DNA of 63,832 nt, counting the filler, from Basidiobolus ranarum (lineage: Eukaryota): the NCBI GenBank assembly GCA_040143965.1. It is 38 parts of 38 records of this genome, joined end to end, with 100 filler letters (N's around TTAATTAATTAA, not from the genome) between each part and the next. Parts side by side here need not be neighbours in the genome. Positions count along the whole stretch, not along the records: positions 11,828 to 13,415 come from JASJQH010011653.1; positions 13,516 to 15,102 come from JASJQH010011654.1; positions 15,203 to 16,789 come from JASJQH010011655.1; positions 16,890 to 18,475 come from JASJQH010011656.1; positions 18,576 to 20,161 come from JASJQH010011657.1; positions 20,262 to 21,846 come from JASJQH010011658.1; positions 21,947 to 23,531 come from JASJQH010011659.1; positions 23,632 to 25,216 come from JASJQH010011660.1; 30 more parts are not named here. The stretch is one strand, 5' to 3'. The notes beneath the pieces were generated by a model that searched no databases, was not told the origin of the DNA, and saw only the letters and a list, made by a program, of their open reading frames with translations. Within the stretch, counting starts at the first letter, position 1; each line of letters begins with the position of its first letter. Both the position numbers and the translations under genes were made by a program. Below, piece by piece: positions 11,829 through 24,206 of the stretch.

Positions 11829-13415
11829 AAGGATGCGGACTATTATCACATTCAACAACAGTTTGAACTTGTTGGCGATTTTGATCTTATCAAGTTTGAA
11901 AGCACTTGGGAGACTATTCTTCGCGATCACCCAATCCTTCGGACGATTTTTGTAGAGTCCCCTACAAGTGTATCTCGCTTTAACTTTATGCAAGTAGTAC
12001 TAACGAAGTATAAGCCAGACTGGACATACATCAAGTGTGATCATGACACACTTAATGAGAGAGTTGCCAAGTACCTAACTGCTGATAAAGCCAATACATT
12101 CCATTTGGGTCAACCGACTATGAGGTTTTCATTAGTCGAAACAGATCGGAAGTATCGATTACTACTCATCAATTGGCATCATGCTATTCTTGATGCTACA
12201 TCGTGGGGACTAGTCCAACAAGACTTTCATGATGTATACCATGAGCGGTCACGTGTTTCCATGTATCCGTTCGCAAAGTTCGTTACGGAACTTTACAGCA
12301 AAACTTCAAATGATGCTATCAAAGAGAAAAAGTATTGGCAAGAAGTGTTCTCACTACTGAGCAAAACCTCCATCCCTCGTCTTGGAGCACCTCAGGAGTC
12401 AGACCCCACCAGGAATCGTATTGCTAGTTCCATACAATTACCAGTCGAGAGGATATCACAATACGTTCAACCGCTCAAGGTAACCACATTTACACTGATC
12501 AAGGCGGCTTGGGCTATTCTCTTGCGAGAGTATACTCAAAATGATGATGTGGTGTTTGGCTATGTGGTCAATGGAAGAAATGGAGATCTGGAGGGTGTTT
12601 CAACAATCGTTGGTCCTTGCATCAATACTCTTCCAAGCCGCATACTCTGTGATAACCAAACTACCATTGCTAAGTTACTTTTGCAAATCCAAGAAAGTTA
12701 CACATCTGCACTGTCTTATCAGCAAAGTAGTTTGCGTGATATTCAAGAATGGGTGGGGGTTTCTCCTTTGTTCGACAGTATAATCAGCTATAGAGTCAAT
12801 TCATCTACTCAGAAAGAACACTCAAAAACACCCAAAGATACAATCGATGATGAAGGTGAATTTAAGCTTGTTCCGATTCAAGGAAACGAAGCTACTGAGG
12901 TAAGTCATGAAATAGTATTCTACTAAAGAATTTGTATTGTATTATAGATAAATATGTAACAATGCTTTATTCTTAGTATCCTTTAGCTTTGAGCGTGAAT
13001 GTGAGTAATGGCGAGATCACATATTACTTGGATGCAGTTAGCAGCTTGATATCGAAGCACTATGCCCAGCAGCTTGCTAATAGCTTTGAAATATTGCTGG
13101 AAGCATTAGTGAGTTTACCTACAGACACCCAGCTCCAACAATTGAGTAATGCAATGAATAAGGCATATGCACCATCGTTGTACTCTACAAAATTGAATAC
13201 ATCCACCGAAGTCGTAAATACATGTATCCATCAACTCTTTGAAGAACAAGCAAAACAATTCCCAGAGAATGTAGCTGTGCAGTTTCTAGACATGGAAACA
13301 GTTACCTACGGCGAACTGAATATCATGGCCAATCAACTGGCTCATCATTTGATCAATCTTGGTGTCGGCCCAGAGTCGATGGTGCCACTTTGTCTGGACA
13401 AGTCAGTCTCGATGA
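11829..13415 (+). CDS. Non-ribosomal peptide synthetase fragment: condensation domain plus start of an adenylation domain; intron 12900-12976
   Basis: HPILRTIF, HHAILDA (HHxxxD), VGPCINTLP, spliced EATE/YPL, CIHQLFEEQA, TYGELN (A1), LGVGPE..VPLCLDKS; GTAAGT...TTAG intron keeps the frame. Confidence 0.95.
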
Positions 13416-13515
13416 NNNNNNNNNNNNNNNNNNNNNNNNNNNNNNNNNNNNNNNNNNNNTTAATTAATTAANNNNNNNNNNNNNNNNNNNNNNNNNNNNN
13501 NNNNNNNNNNNNNNN

Positions 13516-15090
13516 ACAAATATACCATTGGAAAGGCTTGCTGGCCTATAATTTTAATCAACTTAAAGCTTCCTCCTTCTGAACAGTATAAGAGTCATAA
13601 TATTTTGATACTACCCATCATATCTGGACCTAAATCACCAGTGCTTATAGATAGCTTCTTGGAGCCTTTGAATGCAGAATTTGAACGGTTATCTAATAAG
13701 GTTCAGATGGGTGAATATTTATTAAGGCTAATATTGTTGTATGTATTGGTGACACTTCTGCCATCAGTAAACTTGGAGGTTTTCATGGGCACAACACACT
13801 ATCTTGCTGTAGGTTTTGCAAAATTAATGGCATTTACTCTAACAGGCATATGGATTACTACTATCCAAATACAAAACTAAACTTCATGATTTTACTGTTG
13901 AGAGCCTGGTCAGATTTCAATATAATCACTGATATCAATTTGCCAAATAGTCAGTCTATCATCAAACTTGGTATTAGCCATAAATCTGAGATGGTTCTCC
14001 TATAACAATAATTGTTAAATTTCTGTTAGGGTTATTTGACCAGAATGATGTAGGTCAATATGCAACTTTGGTCAAACCAATAAGTCCAAATAACTTTGAG
14101 GACTTGCTGCTAGATGTTGCCCTTGGTTATTCCAGTACTGATGATAATATATCAGAAGTTTAAGGAGAAGACAACAGTTTTGTTACAGATGCTTTGTTTT
14201 TGGCAAGCATTGGTCCACTCATTACACTTACTGTAAAGGAAGCAGCTTTGATTATTGAGGAGTGGAGAGCTCAATCCAATTTCAGCAACCAGGTGTTTAT
14301 TGGTTTTCTTACACTTTTACCACAGTTGATTGGCAACTGTTGCTTGCCACAGACCTGGTACAAGTGGAGAACATTTTTCAATTGTATGACTTATATTCCT
14401 TTAGTGATTAAACTACCTTCATGTCCAAGTGGTTGTTTGGCTTTCACCATTGATCTAAAAAACCTGAAGTCATGTACTGTTTGCACACAATTGGCAATCA
14501 CTGAATCAGATAGATGTTGTTCATGTTTAGCTTACATAGCATTGATTCCCCATCTTAAAGTTTTGATAAAATCACTCAGATATAGATCATTGATCCAATA
14601 CCAAAGTACTCACCGTAAAGCTGATGGTATTACCAATATACTTGATAGATACCACTACCAGAATCTGAAAAGTCAAGGTTTTTTTGAGAACACATATGAT
14701 CATGTATTTGCATTGGCTCTGGATGGTTTCTCACTAAACAAATATACCGTTGGAAAGGCTTGCTAGCCTATAATTTTAATCAACTTAAATCTTACTCCTT
14801 CTGAACAGTATAAGAGTCATAATATTTTGATACTAACCATTGTATCTGGACCTAAATCACCAGTGCTTATAGATAGCTTCTTGGAGCCTCTGATTACGGA
14901 ATTTGAACAGTTATCTAATGGGGTGCAGATAGGTGAATATTTTATTAAAGTAATATCATTGTATATGTTGGTGACACTCCTGCCATCAGTAAACTTGGAG
15001 GTTTTTGTGGGCACAATGCACTATCTTGCTGTAGATTTTGTCTAATCAATGGAGTTTACTCTAACAGGCATATGCGTTACTACTATCTAA
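13516..15090 (+). mobile_element. Two CMC transposase fragments separated by a ~40-bp inverted left terminus (13990-14031)
   Basis: The IISGPKSP..IDSFLEPL block occurs twice; FALALDGF catalytic-D motif; TTTCTGTTAGGG ends at 14031. Confidence 0.85.
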
Positions 15091-15202
15091 TTGGAATTTG
15101 CTNNNNNNNNNNNNNNNNNNNNNNNNNNNNNNNNNNNNNNNNNNNNTTAATTAATTAANNNNNNNNNNNNNNNNNNNNNNNNNNNNNNNNNNNNNNNNNN
15201 NN

Positions 15203-15914
15203 AGCTGGTACTTTTCAAAGTGTTGAAATTAACCCCAAAGCTAAAGGCAAGTAAAAAGCCACACAAACACCACAAAGCACCCTCAGTAGTGTCACACTAA
15301 AAGCATGTACAAAATTAGTCAAAGTGCTTGAGGAGTATTTTCAAAAGTATGAAGGGAAAAACGCATTGCAAATATGCGGAAAGTGGCTTCAGAAGAAGAA
15401 CATTCAACTTGACGTTCAGTCTGGTGTTGACCATGTAGATATCTGGGAAGAACTTAATACAGGGTGGCACAATATTGCAGGGTATATGCTGGATAACTGG
15501 AAGAATGTTGATTCTGCAAGATTGATACAATGGTGGGCTTTGATGGAGATGTTGATACAAACTTGTGTTGGGTATGAGCTAAACCTTTGGTAAGAATATC
15601 TCTATAAAAATATTCAGGAGAATATATCAAAGAGACTGGGGATTTCAAAGGTGACAAATTAGGAATCAAGTGGTAATATTGTAAAATTTGAGTCACACTT
15701 CTTGCACATGTGTTGTTCCATAGTTCTCTGAGATTTTAGCTAATCATGCACAACTATTTTGCAAGATGTTGAAAGTTCACTCCTGAAACTGCAAAAATTG
15801 ATCAAAATGAAATCTAACTTGAAAATTTTATGATGGTAAGTAAACAGTTAATCCCAAATGGATTAAAATTGTGATGGTTTTCCTATGATAAGAATCCTCA
15901 AATTTATGTCAGGG
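15203..15914 (-). mobile_element. CMC ORF2 3' end (plus strand) and left terminus, abutting a Copia RNase H
   Basis: LEEYFQKYEGKN...WWALMEMLIQ; ends TTATGTCAGGG. Confidence 0.85.
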
Positions 15915-16789
15915 CTAGTATAAAATTGGGATTTTTAGCTAAAGATATACAACGTAGATTATCTTTGAAAATTATGGTCAGGAACTTTGAAAAATGCCTA
16001 AGTCTTTAAATAGTTTCCTGAGCCACATAGCCTCCTTTCTTGTATGTGATGCTGCCATGAACTCTGCTTTGGTTGTTGAAAGTGCCATAGTGGGTTGATT
16101 CTTGCTTTTCTAAGATATGGTTGCTTCACTATAGAGAAAGGTATATCCAGTGATAGATCTTCTGACCTCCATATCACACCCCCAATCTGCAACACTGGAC
16201 CCAATTAGATCCTTTTTCACTTAACAATATGAGTATCTTAATCGCAGATCAATTGTCCCTTGCAAATATATGAAATTCTGCTTAAATGCTGTGTAATGCT
16301 CAGATCCTGGGTTTTGCACATGTTGGCTGACTACTCCCACCACAAAAGAGATATCTTGCTGGGTTCCAGTCATAGCATAGATCAAACTACCTACCATAGA
16401 TTGATAAGGGAACTCAGGGCTTTCAAATGACATATTTTGAGCCATATTTAACCAATTTTCATTATTTTTGATGGGATTTTTGACTAGTTTCACACCAGGA
16501 TCCATGGAAGTTGCTACTGGCTTGCAATTCTCCATCCTGTAACATCTGAGAATGTCTGAGATGTATTTAGATTGAATCAGAGTAATAGATTTGCTCAACA
16601 TATCTGTATGGATCTGTGGACCTAAAAAATATGCAAGTTCACCTAAATTGGTCATCTTGAATTGGACTGATAGATCTCTTTTGTTATTAGGGAGCTACAT
16701 CATGGTTAGTAGCTATTATCAGATCATCAACATATAAGGTAAGTGTCACCTTACTGTCCATATCTGTCTTAAAGTAGATCCCAAAATCC
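15915..16789 (-). mobile_element. Ty1/Copia RT and RNase H fragment
   Basis: LYVDDL, MTNLGELAYFLG, YQSMVGSLIYA, ALSTTKAEF. Confidence 0.9.
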
Positions 16790-16889
16790 NNNNNNNNNNN
16801 NNNNNNNNNNNNNNNNNNNNNNNNNNNNNNNNNTTAATTAATTAANNNNNNNNNNNNNNNNNNNNNNNNNNNNNNNNNNNNNNNNNNNN

Positions 16890-17102
16890 TTCATCATATT
16901 TGCCTGGGACAGGAGTGTCAATCTCATTGTGCTCCCAGATATTCAATCTAACTGAAGCACCAACAATCACTGAGCGGAACTTGTCATTATAGGCATCTCC
17001 ATAGTTGAAGCGGACGGTTTGACCTTTCTCGTAGGTTTCAGTCTTGCTGCCTTGCATGTTCAACTCATAAGCGAACTTGACTTTGTTGGATTCTACGGAC
17101 AT
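16890..17102 (-). CDS. DdCAD-1-like beta/gamma-crystallin-domain protein (calcium-dependent cell-adhesion molecule homologue), 5' fragment; 5'-UTR intron 17119-17179
   Basis: [10 protein letters not shown]...[43 protein letters not shown] resembles, from recall, the N-terminus of Dictyostelium DdCAD-1; NDKxxS Greek-key motif; upstream GTAAGT...TACTAAT...CAG. Confidence 0.85.
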
Positions 17103-18250
17103 GATGCGGTAATTAGAGCTGAATAGGAAGAGTAATTAGTACTGGATGCAAACTTTAGTATATGAGAGAATATACTTACATAAGAGGGATTCTTGTTTTT
17201 TCAAATTGTAGCTGAATCCTCTTAGATTTATACTTTCGTTGTAGAGTTTGAAAGTCAATATATTCTTAGTGCTTCAAGATAGTTTCGATGATCTTACCAT
17301 ATATACTACGAAATATACCGGATTTCTGCTGTGCTTCATGATACGAGAAATCACTACCAACTTGATTCAAACCTTTATTTTAAATTGTACGCCAACGGTG
17401 GCGTAGTATAACACGATAATGTTATCTATCACATATATTCACAACAGTGCATTTAGTAATGGCTTAGAATACAATTGCTCAGTACTAATCGGGGTTATAT
17501 GCGTAACATGAGTTTCTATTAACTAGTCAACAATGCAAATTTGATGATTCCAAGAACATTAGTACTACTACTAGTATCGGTATGCCTACAAGTATGTTAC
17601 TTATAGTAAGCGCTTATTATCAAAAACTTGAGCTCATTGTGCCCTTTTAAGTTGGTGGCTTAGTGGTCAGGCCAGAGCTCCATTCCCATCTCGATTTTGG
17701 AAAATAGCTTCCAGCCAACGTACTTGTAGCACGCAAGTGGTTCGACAGGATTTATATAAAATAACAAGTTATGGGCGAATGAGTGATTATATATTGAATT
17801 AGATCTGAAAAGTTGGTATACTTTTGTGGTTTACTTGATGAGAAATGCTTACTAAATGCAATAAATCTGCGATAGTGAATGGGAACTTCTTGCTACCAGC
17901 TGATTCACCAGTGCTATTTAGTGTGATGAGTAGGAGAATAATCCTTCTCAGAAACACTGACTCTGATGGTAACTAAAGTAGATGAAAGACCACGTGAAGC
18001 ACAAAAGTTGGCGTGCGTGTACCGGCTGATATTGACCAGAGACTTCAGCCACCTTGCAAAAAATTACAGAGGTCAAGAGAATATTGCCACTGGGAGGTAG
18101 TAGTCATAGAAAAATATGGAATATGTTTCGATGAAAAAATATCATTGATAAATATCTGAATGAACGGAGCTGACTGCATAGTACCTTAATTATCATTCTA
18201 CATTATCGCCTGATTAACAGAAGCTGTTGTTACCCTTAGGATCCGGATAT

Positions 18251-18475
18251 TTTTTACCTTTGACTTTATAGGAGTTACAAAGACCACTCATCCCTTGATG
18301 TGCACTACAAATGTGAGCCTCTTTTTAAAAACATATTTACTTTGGGCATGCATATAACTGATACCACATCATTATTTTTTACCTTTGACTTTATAGGAGT
18401 TACAAAGACTGCTCATCCCTTGACACACACTACAAATGTGAGCCTCTTTTTAAAAACATATTTACTTTTGGCATG
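18251..18475 (+). repeat. 125-bp direct tandem repeat (about 1.8 copies, cut by the contig end)
   Basis: ACCTTTGACTTTATAGGAGTTACAAAGAC at 18256 and 18381. Confidence 0.9.
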
Positions 18476-18575
18476 NNNNNNNNNNNNNNNNNNNNNNNNN
18501 NNNNNNNNNNNNNNNNNNNTTAATTAATTAANNNNNNNNNNNNNNNNNNNNNNNNNNNNNNNNNNNNNNNNNNNN

Positions 18576-20161
18576 AAGTTCAATGCCATTAAAAAAGTAT
18601 TCAAAAACATTCAAAATCTAAATCAAAATTGGCTTCCAAGCCAAAGCCGGCTGACACAAAAGGAAAAAAACTAGCAAGAACAGAGGACTTGATTGATGAG
18701 CAGTCTAGCAATCCAATATCCACTTTGGAAGGCATGCCAGAAACTAACTCAAGTAATGAAGAATTATTAAGCAATTTACTTTATGTGTTCCTTTCCAGTG
18801 ATAGTTCAAGTGAAGATATTGAAATCCCCCAAATATGTAGTAAATCAATAGTTGAGCAAAGTTCAACCAAAACATCATCAAGACCATCAACTTCCAAAAT
18901 GGCTACTTTGCCAACTATTGAACAACTCTCCATAGAAAATTTGGATATAATTATTACAACAAGGGAATCACAGGCAGAAGACCATAACAATTTGTATGCA
19001 ATCATAAGTATAACTATAAAGGTGTTATAGATTCCAATATAAGTAATCATGCCACATAATTGCATCTAATGCAGCATTTGGAAGCAACTAGTCAACAGTT
19101 AGACAGTCACTCACAATGAAACAAGACCTTCCATATGCTATACTTCAGCTACAGCAACATGCAGCTCCCTCCATCCATTCTTATATGGGATTTCAATTTA
19201 TCCTACACCATACATAAGAATGTCACCATTGCAATCTAGCAGAGCAAGGTATTTGTTGGCCCATTAAGCCTACACAATCACCCAAAATTGCTTGGGCACA
19301 TGAAAGTTGAAATCTCATAGGAAAACTAGCAAACCAGAAGACTCTGATTGTCAGAGCTGCCCTCACTTGCTCTGATGATGAGTGGTTTAATATTTTGGAA
19401 GCTGTGTGGAATCTTGCACAAAATCACCTGGATTCAAATCCAGGCATTACTCCAAAGGTTTTCAACTTATTTCATGTGGCTTTTCCTGGGTTTTTGCAAG
19501 CAAAAGGCAATTGGTCTAATATAGGCATAATGATGCAACATCTCAAAAATGTACGCAATTATTGACTTGGAAAAGAAAGAAAAGCAGCTAAAAAAATACT
19601 GTAAGAGCAGGAAGTTAGTAAACCCAAAGGAAAAGCAAAGGGCCTATGAGTTTAGGCACTACTCTCCCACTTACCAAATTCTTCAAACATTACAAAGATC
19701 TGCAATTCCAGAGTCAGATATGCTGGCAAAAAAGCTTAATTTCACCATGTAACTGGGTATACCAGTTGGAGGAGTGCTAAATATGGAAGTTTACCTAACA
19801 CCTGGCACCTCTCAACCAGCTAAAGCATCAGCAAATAAAACTTAAGGCTCTTCAACCTCAACTGGTACTTTCCACAGTGTTGAAATTAGCCCTAACTTAA
19901 AGGCAAGCAAACAGTCACACAGACACTGCAAAGCACTCTCAGTAGTGTCACACTACAAGGATGTACAAAAATAGTCAAAGTACTTGAGGAGTATTTTCAA
20001 AAGTATGAGGAAAAAACACAGTGGAAGCATCCAGAAGGTGGCTTCAGAAGAAATAAATTCAACTTGAAATTCAGTCTGGTGTTTACTGTGCAGATATCTG
20101 GGAAGAACTTAATACAGAGTGGCACAATATTGCAGGGTATCTGCCAGATAGCTGGAAGAAT
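18576..20161 (+). pseudogene. CMC element ORF2, near full length, degenerate
   Basis: Runs from ASKPKPADTKGKK through AKKLNFTM to WEELNTEWHNIAGYLPDSWK, with stops and frameshifts. Confidence 0.8.
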
Positions 20162-20261
20162 NNNNNNNNNNNNNNNNNNNNNNNNNNNNNNNNNNNNNNN
20201 NNNNNTTAATTAATTAANNNNNNNNNNNNNNNNNNNNNNNNNNNNNNNNNNNNNNNNNNNN

Positions 20262-20418
20262 GTTCCTGGGACCTTCCTTAGCACATTCTACACGTTAGTT
20301 TGTTTACATCTTGACAAAACTATAAATGTCAACTGAATACTCAATAAATCAATAAGTGAAAACCACCAATTCTCTAATTCTCCAAGCCACTTCCAACCGG
20401 CTCCCAAATACTTTAACA
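20262..20418 (+). mobile_element. Copia LTR family C, 3' end
   Basis: Matches 62570-62727; ends ACTTTAACA. Confidence 0.75.
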
Positions 20419-22077
20419 AATGGTACATTATTTCTCCAAGTAATTAAATAGGAGCCACTAGAGAAGTTGAACATAATCAAAGCAAATAGAGTTTTATGTC
20501 TTGCATCTGGAATCCTGATTTGCTGTCAGAATCCCATCACAATCAGGGATGAATTGTAATTTCTAATCACAAAAAATCAATTTGTAGCTCATCTAATTTA
20601 TTGCTCTACTGAATTGTTCATCTTTTATTGGCTAGATATCTGTGTAAAAACTTCTCACTTGTAATAGGATGATCTTGACAGTGTGCAATTAAATACTTTG
20701 GTTTTATTAATTATATTTTGACCAGAGTTGGCCACCCTTCTATATAATGTCATGTCATGGTGAGAAGAGTAATATCTCCCTTTTTACATTATCTTAGCAG
20801 CTCAAAAAGAATCTACCATCTATATCATCATACTATCACTGAGGTTTTTTTCCAAAGCAGAGAGAATCCTATGTTAATGTGCCACTCCTGATTTACTTTC
20901 TCATGAAAGTTCTATTCATCAGCTGGGTGTGGAGTAAGTTTTGCCAGTTTCTGCAAAAAAGCAAAACAGGCTGGTTCTGCTTACTGATCTACTTTTGTCT
21001 CAATAGCTTCTGAATACTTATTGCTGCTTTTGAAGCTGACACCATTGATGGTAGCTTTTGACTTACTGGTGGTTGCACTACTTTGGACTTATTCTCTGTG
21101 ATAGTGCCAGATTGTGCTGTATACATCATATTGGATAAAGTATTCTAAAATTTATGTGGCACAATTTGACACTATCCAGCACCCTCTGGCATGATCAATT
21201 TCAATCACATTTACTGTAATATGTTGATCCAAGGTCCAATAAATCCTGGCACAATGGAATAAGTCCTTTTATCAGCAGTAGTGTTAATACATACACTTTC
21301 CAAAAACTAAGAGTGCAAGTGTATAACTGGCAACTAAAGATGCATAATTATTTTGATTCATTAGATACTCCTGATGTACCAGAAGCAATCAATGTGTGGC
21401 CATGGCAGTATGGCAGTATGTGTTGGAGCAAGTGATCTACCTTGAGGTTTGTGTTAGGCAGTTGTTGCCTCTTCAACCAAGGTAAAAGCTTCATCTCTTT
21501 TGACTGGCCATGACCTCTGTTAAATGGCAGAATGTGTCAAGACATACCATCTACCTTGAGGTTTGTGTTTGACTAATGTGGCTTCTTCAAGCTCAGTAAG
21601 AGCTTCACCATCTCTCTCAAGCACCTGTGGTCTTGGTTTTGAGGGGGTGTGTGTTGTATTGGATTACTGTCTTTGTAGTTGGCTCTCAGGAATCAGATCA
21701 TCATCCAATAAAGTGAATGGTTCAATAGTTTTTGCAGTTGGCCTTTGTTGCTATCTTGTTGTAGAAACTTGTTAAACTGGTATGCCTATCTAGTAGCATG
21801 CTCCTTGGAGCTGACTCTTCTCCAGATATAAAAAGCTCACTGGTTGNNNNNNNNNNNNNNNNNNNNNNNNNNNNNNNNNNNNNNNNNNNNTTAATTAATT
21901 AANNNNNNNNNNNNNNNNNNNNNNNNNNNNNNNNNNNNNNNNNNNNTATAAGGAAAAACCTTCAAAGAGTTATCATTGGCAGAAGATATAAAGATTCTTA
22001 TTTTTCAAAAATTCATAGAAACTATCATGTAACCTTCAACCCACATAACTGAATGCAATAATTTGTAGAAATCCTGT

Positions 22078-22222
22078 TTCTAGGGTCACTAGATCAAACT
22101 ACACTATTATTTCTGGGTCACTAGATCAAACTACACTATTATTTCTGGGTCACTAGATCAAACTATACAATCTTACATAAACACCTGAACTGTATATACC
22201 TGAACTGTATATACCTGAACTC
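22078..22222 (+). repeat. Two adjacent minisatellites: 32-bp unit (about 3 copies) and 15-bp unit (about 3 copies)
   Basis: GGGTCACTAGATCAAACTACACTATTATTTCT repeated; ACCTGAACTGTATAT repeated. Confidence 0.9.
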
Positions 22223-23631
22223 AGTTAAAAAGATTGCCTTATTAGTATTATTAAGTGTAAACTTGGAAAATAGTTTATACAGTTTATAAGTTGCCAAGTA
22301 GCCTGAATGTGGTGATCGAATCCGATTTGTGGCAAGATTTGTATCTTGATATCGGATCGCTATATGCGAAAAGTTACCATACATAGGTTTGATGATGAAA
22401 AAAAATGGAGTTGAATTCATTGGTTAATGCTGGTAAGAAGATGCTATCTAGATGGCTGTACGATCGTAAATATCCGGTAGAAAACCCCCATAAAAAGATA
22501 TAAGCCACACTGTCGCATTACAATGCATTGGTTGAATAAAATCCATTCAACGCCGTTGAAACTGAGTGTAGAACATCATATTGATTTTTCAGTGACATGG
22601 TGAGCAATACTTGATAGATGGGTGTCATTAAATCATCTAAATTTAGTATTGATTTAGATGATTTATAGACATGACTTACTATTTCTCAGGATCTAATCAA
22701 GATAATTAGTACTAAGTGCTTTATTGTGAACGATGAAACTACCACCTACTTTCAAGTTGAAGCACTGATTTTAATAATTATTTAAGCGATACACAACTAC
22801 AACTATGTAATATGAGTACCATGTTGACAATGAGTTCAATTCCCCAAACACCACTTATTATATTGATTTTGTGTTTATAAATATTTCATTTATTCAAAAT
22901 GCTTGTAAGTAGTAATTTTCATGGTAATTTTCAACCTGAGCTGCTGCGTAACGATGTTTCTAAGGCTGATATTTCAAGCAATCAAAATTTCAATATTGAT
23001 GCTATCTAAATATCTGATTCTTCATGACTTGCTACTGTTTAAATACTATATGTGGGGATTTAAATCCATACTACCAGCAGCTTTTGTCTTTAAAACTTAT
23101 TCCTAAACTATACTTGTTTCTACTTCATTAAGCCATATAGTACTGAATAAACACTATAGCTCTCTTGATAGGGCCAGATGGCTGTAACTCTGCTAATATC
23201 TTCTATCTGAATAAGCTTAACATTATGTACTTGACTGTTTCTTTGGTCTAGTGAAGTTCCAGATTTTGATCCCATTTCTCTTGGTCAAAATAAAAGCCAA
23301 TATTATATCTGTGCAGGTACAGAATTAGGATATAAATTTTATAGACAGTCAGCCTAAGCCAACTGATATTAAAATATATTCAACATAGACACATTTATTG
23401 GATACTCAAATTCGTTCTGGATGTCATTCGGGAATTTGCAATAAGTGATAAACATGTTGAATAGGTTATATATGGGGCTGAGGTAGCACTGAGTTGTGCA
23501 CACATATTGGAATATTATAGATGGGTGAATGNNNNNNNNNNNNNNNNNNNNNNNNNNNNNNNNNNNNNNNNNNNNTTAATTAATTAANNNNNNNNNNNNN
23601 NNNNNNNNNNNNNNNNNNNNNNNNNNNNNNN

Positions 23632-23850
23632 TCAGACATTCTCAGACGTTACAGGATGGAGAATTGCAAGCCAGTAGCAACTCCCATGGATCCAGGTGTG
23701 AAATTAGTCAAAAATCCCATCAAAAATGATGAAAATCGGCCAAATATGGCTCAAAATATGTCATTTGAAAGCCCTGAGTTCCCTTATCAATCTATGGTAG
23801 GTAGTTTGATCTATGCTATGACTGGAACCCGGCCAGATATCTCTTTTGCA
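23632..23850 (+). mobile_element. Copia RT fragment, same family as 16330-16560
   Basis: MENCKPVATPMDPG...YQSMVGSLIYAMTGTRPDISFA. Confidence 0.9.
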
Positions 23851-23918
23851 GACGATCGGCACTCTATATCCACGCGGAAGATTAATCTCTTCTCAGATTT
23901 CATCGTAACTGGTTGTAG

Positions 23919-24206
23919 CTATTTGGGTGGCTCTGGGGTTGGTTCAGCCTTAGGAGGCTCCTTGGATACAACAGGTTCGGGCTTAGGATCAGGACTTGAG
24001 GCTGGAGCTGGGACTGGAGCGGTAGTAGCGGACGGATGATCAGGACTAGCGGGATGTGGTGGAGTAGCCTTAGTATCAGGCTTAGCAGTTACTGGATTGT
24101 CGAGTTTCATAGGATCTTTGTTAGGTATGTTAGCAACTGGTCCTTGTGCACTAGCAACAGAAGACAAGATTACTGTAGCAAAAATGATACTTGTGAATAT
24201 CTTCAT
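23919..24206 (-). CDS. Small secreted Pro-rich protein (95 aa)
   Basis: MKIFTSIIFATVILSSVASA signal peptide, then a P/A/K/E-rich tail ending PKAEPTPEPPK*. Confidence 0.8.
   Translation of the reverse strand: MKIFTSIIFATVILSSVASAQGPVANIPNKDPMKLDNPVTAKPDTKATPPHPASPDHPSATTAPVPAPASSPDPKPEPVVSKEPPKAEPTPEPPK

Noticed and set aside
9869-13415. DJ-1/PfpI plus NRPS as a biosynthetic gene cluster
   Set aside because: They lie on different contigs that are adjacent only because of size sorting
22078-22222. 32-bp repeats as a CRISPR array
   Set aside because: The units are head-to-tail with no unique spacers, there are no cas genes, and the context is eukaryotic
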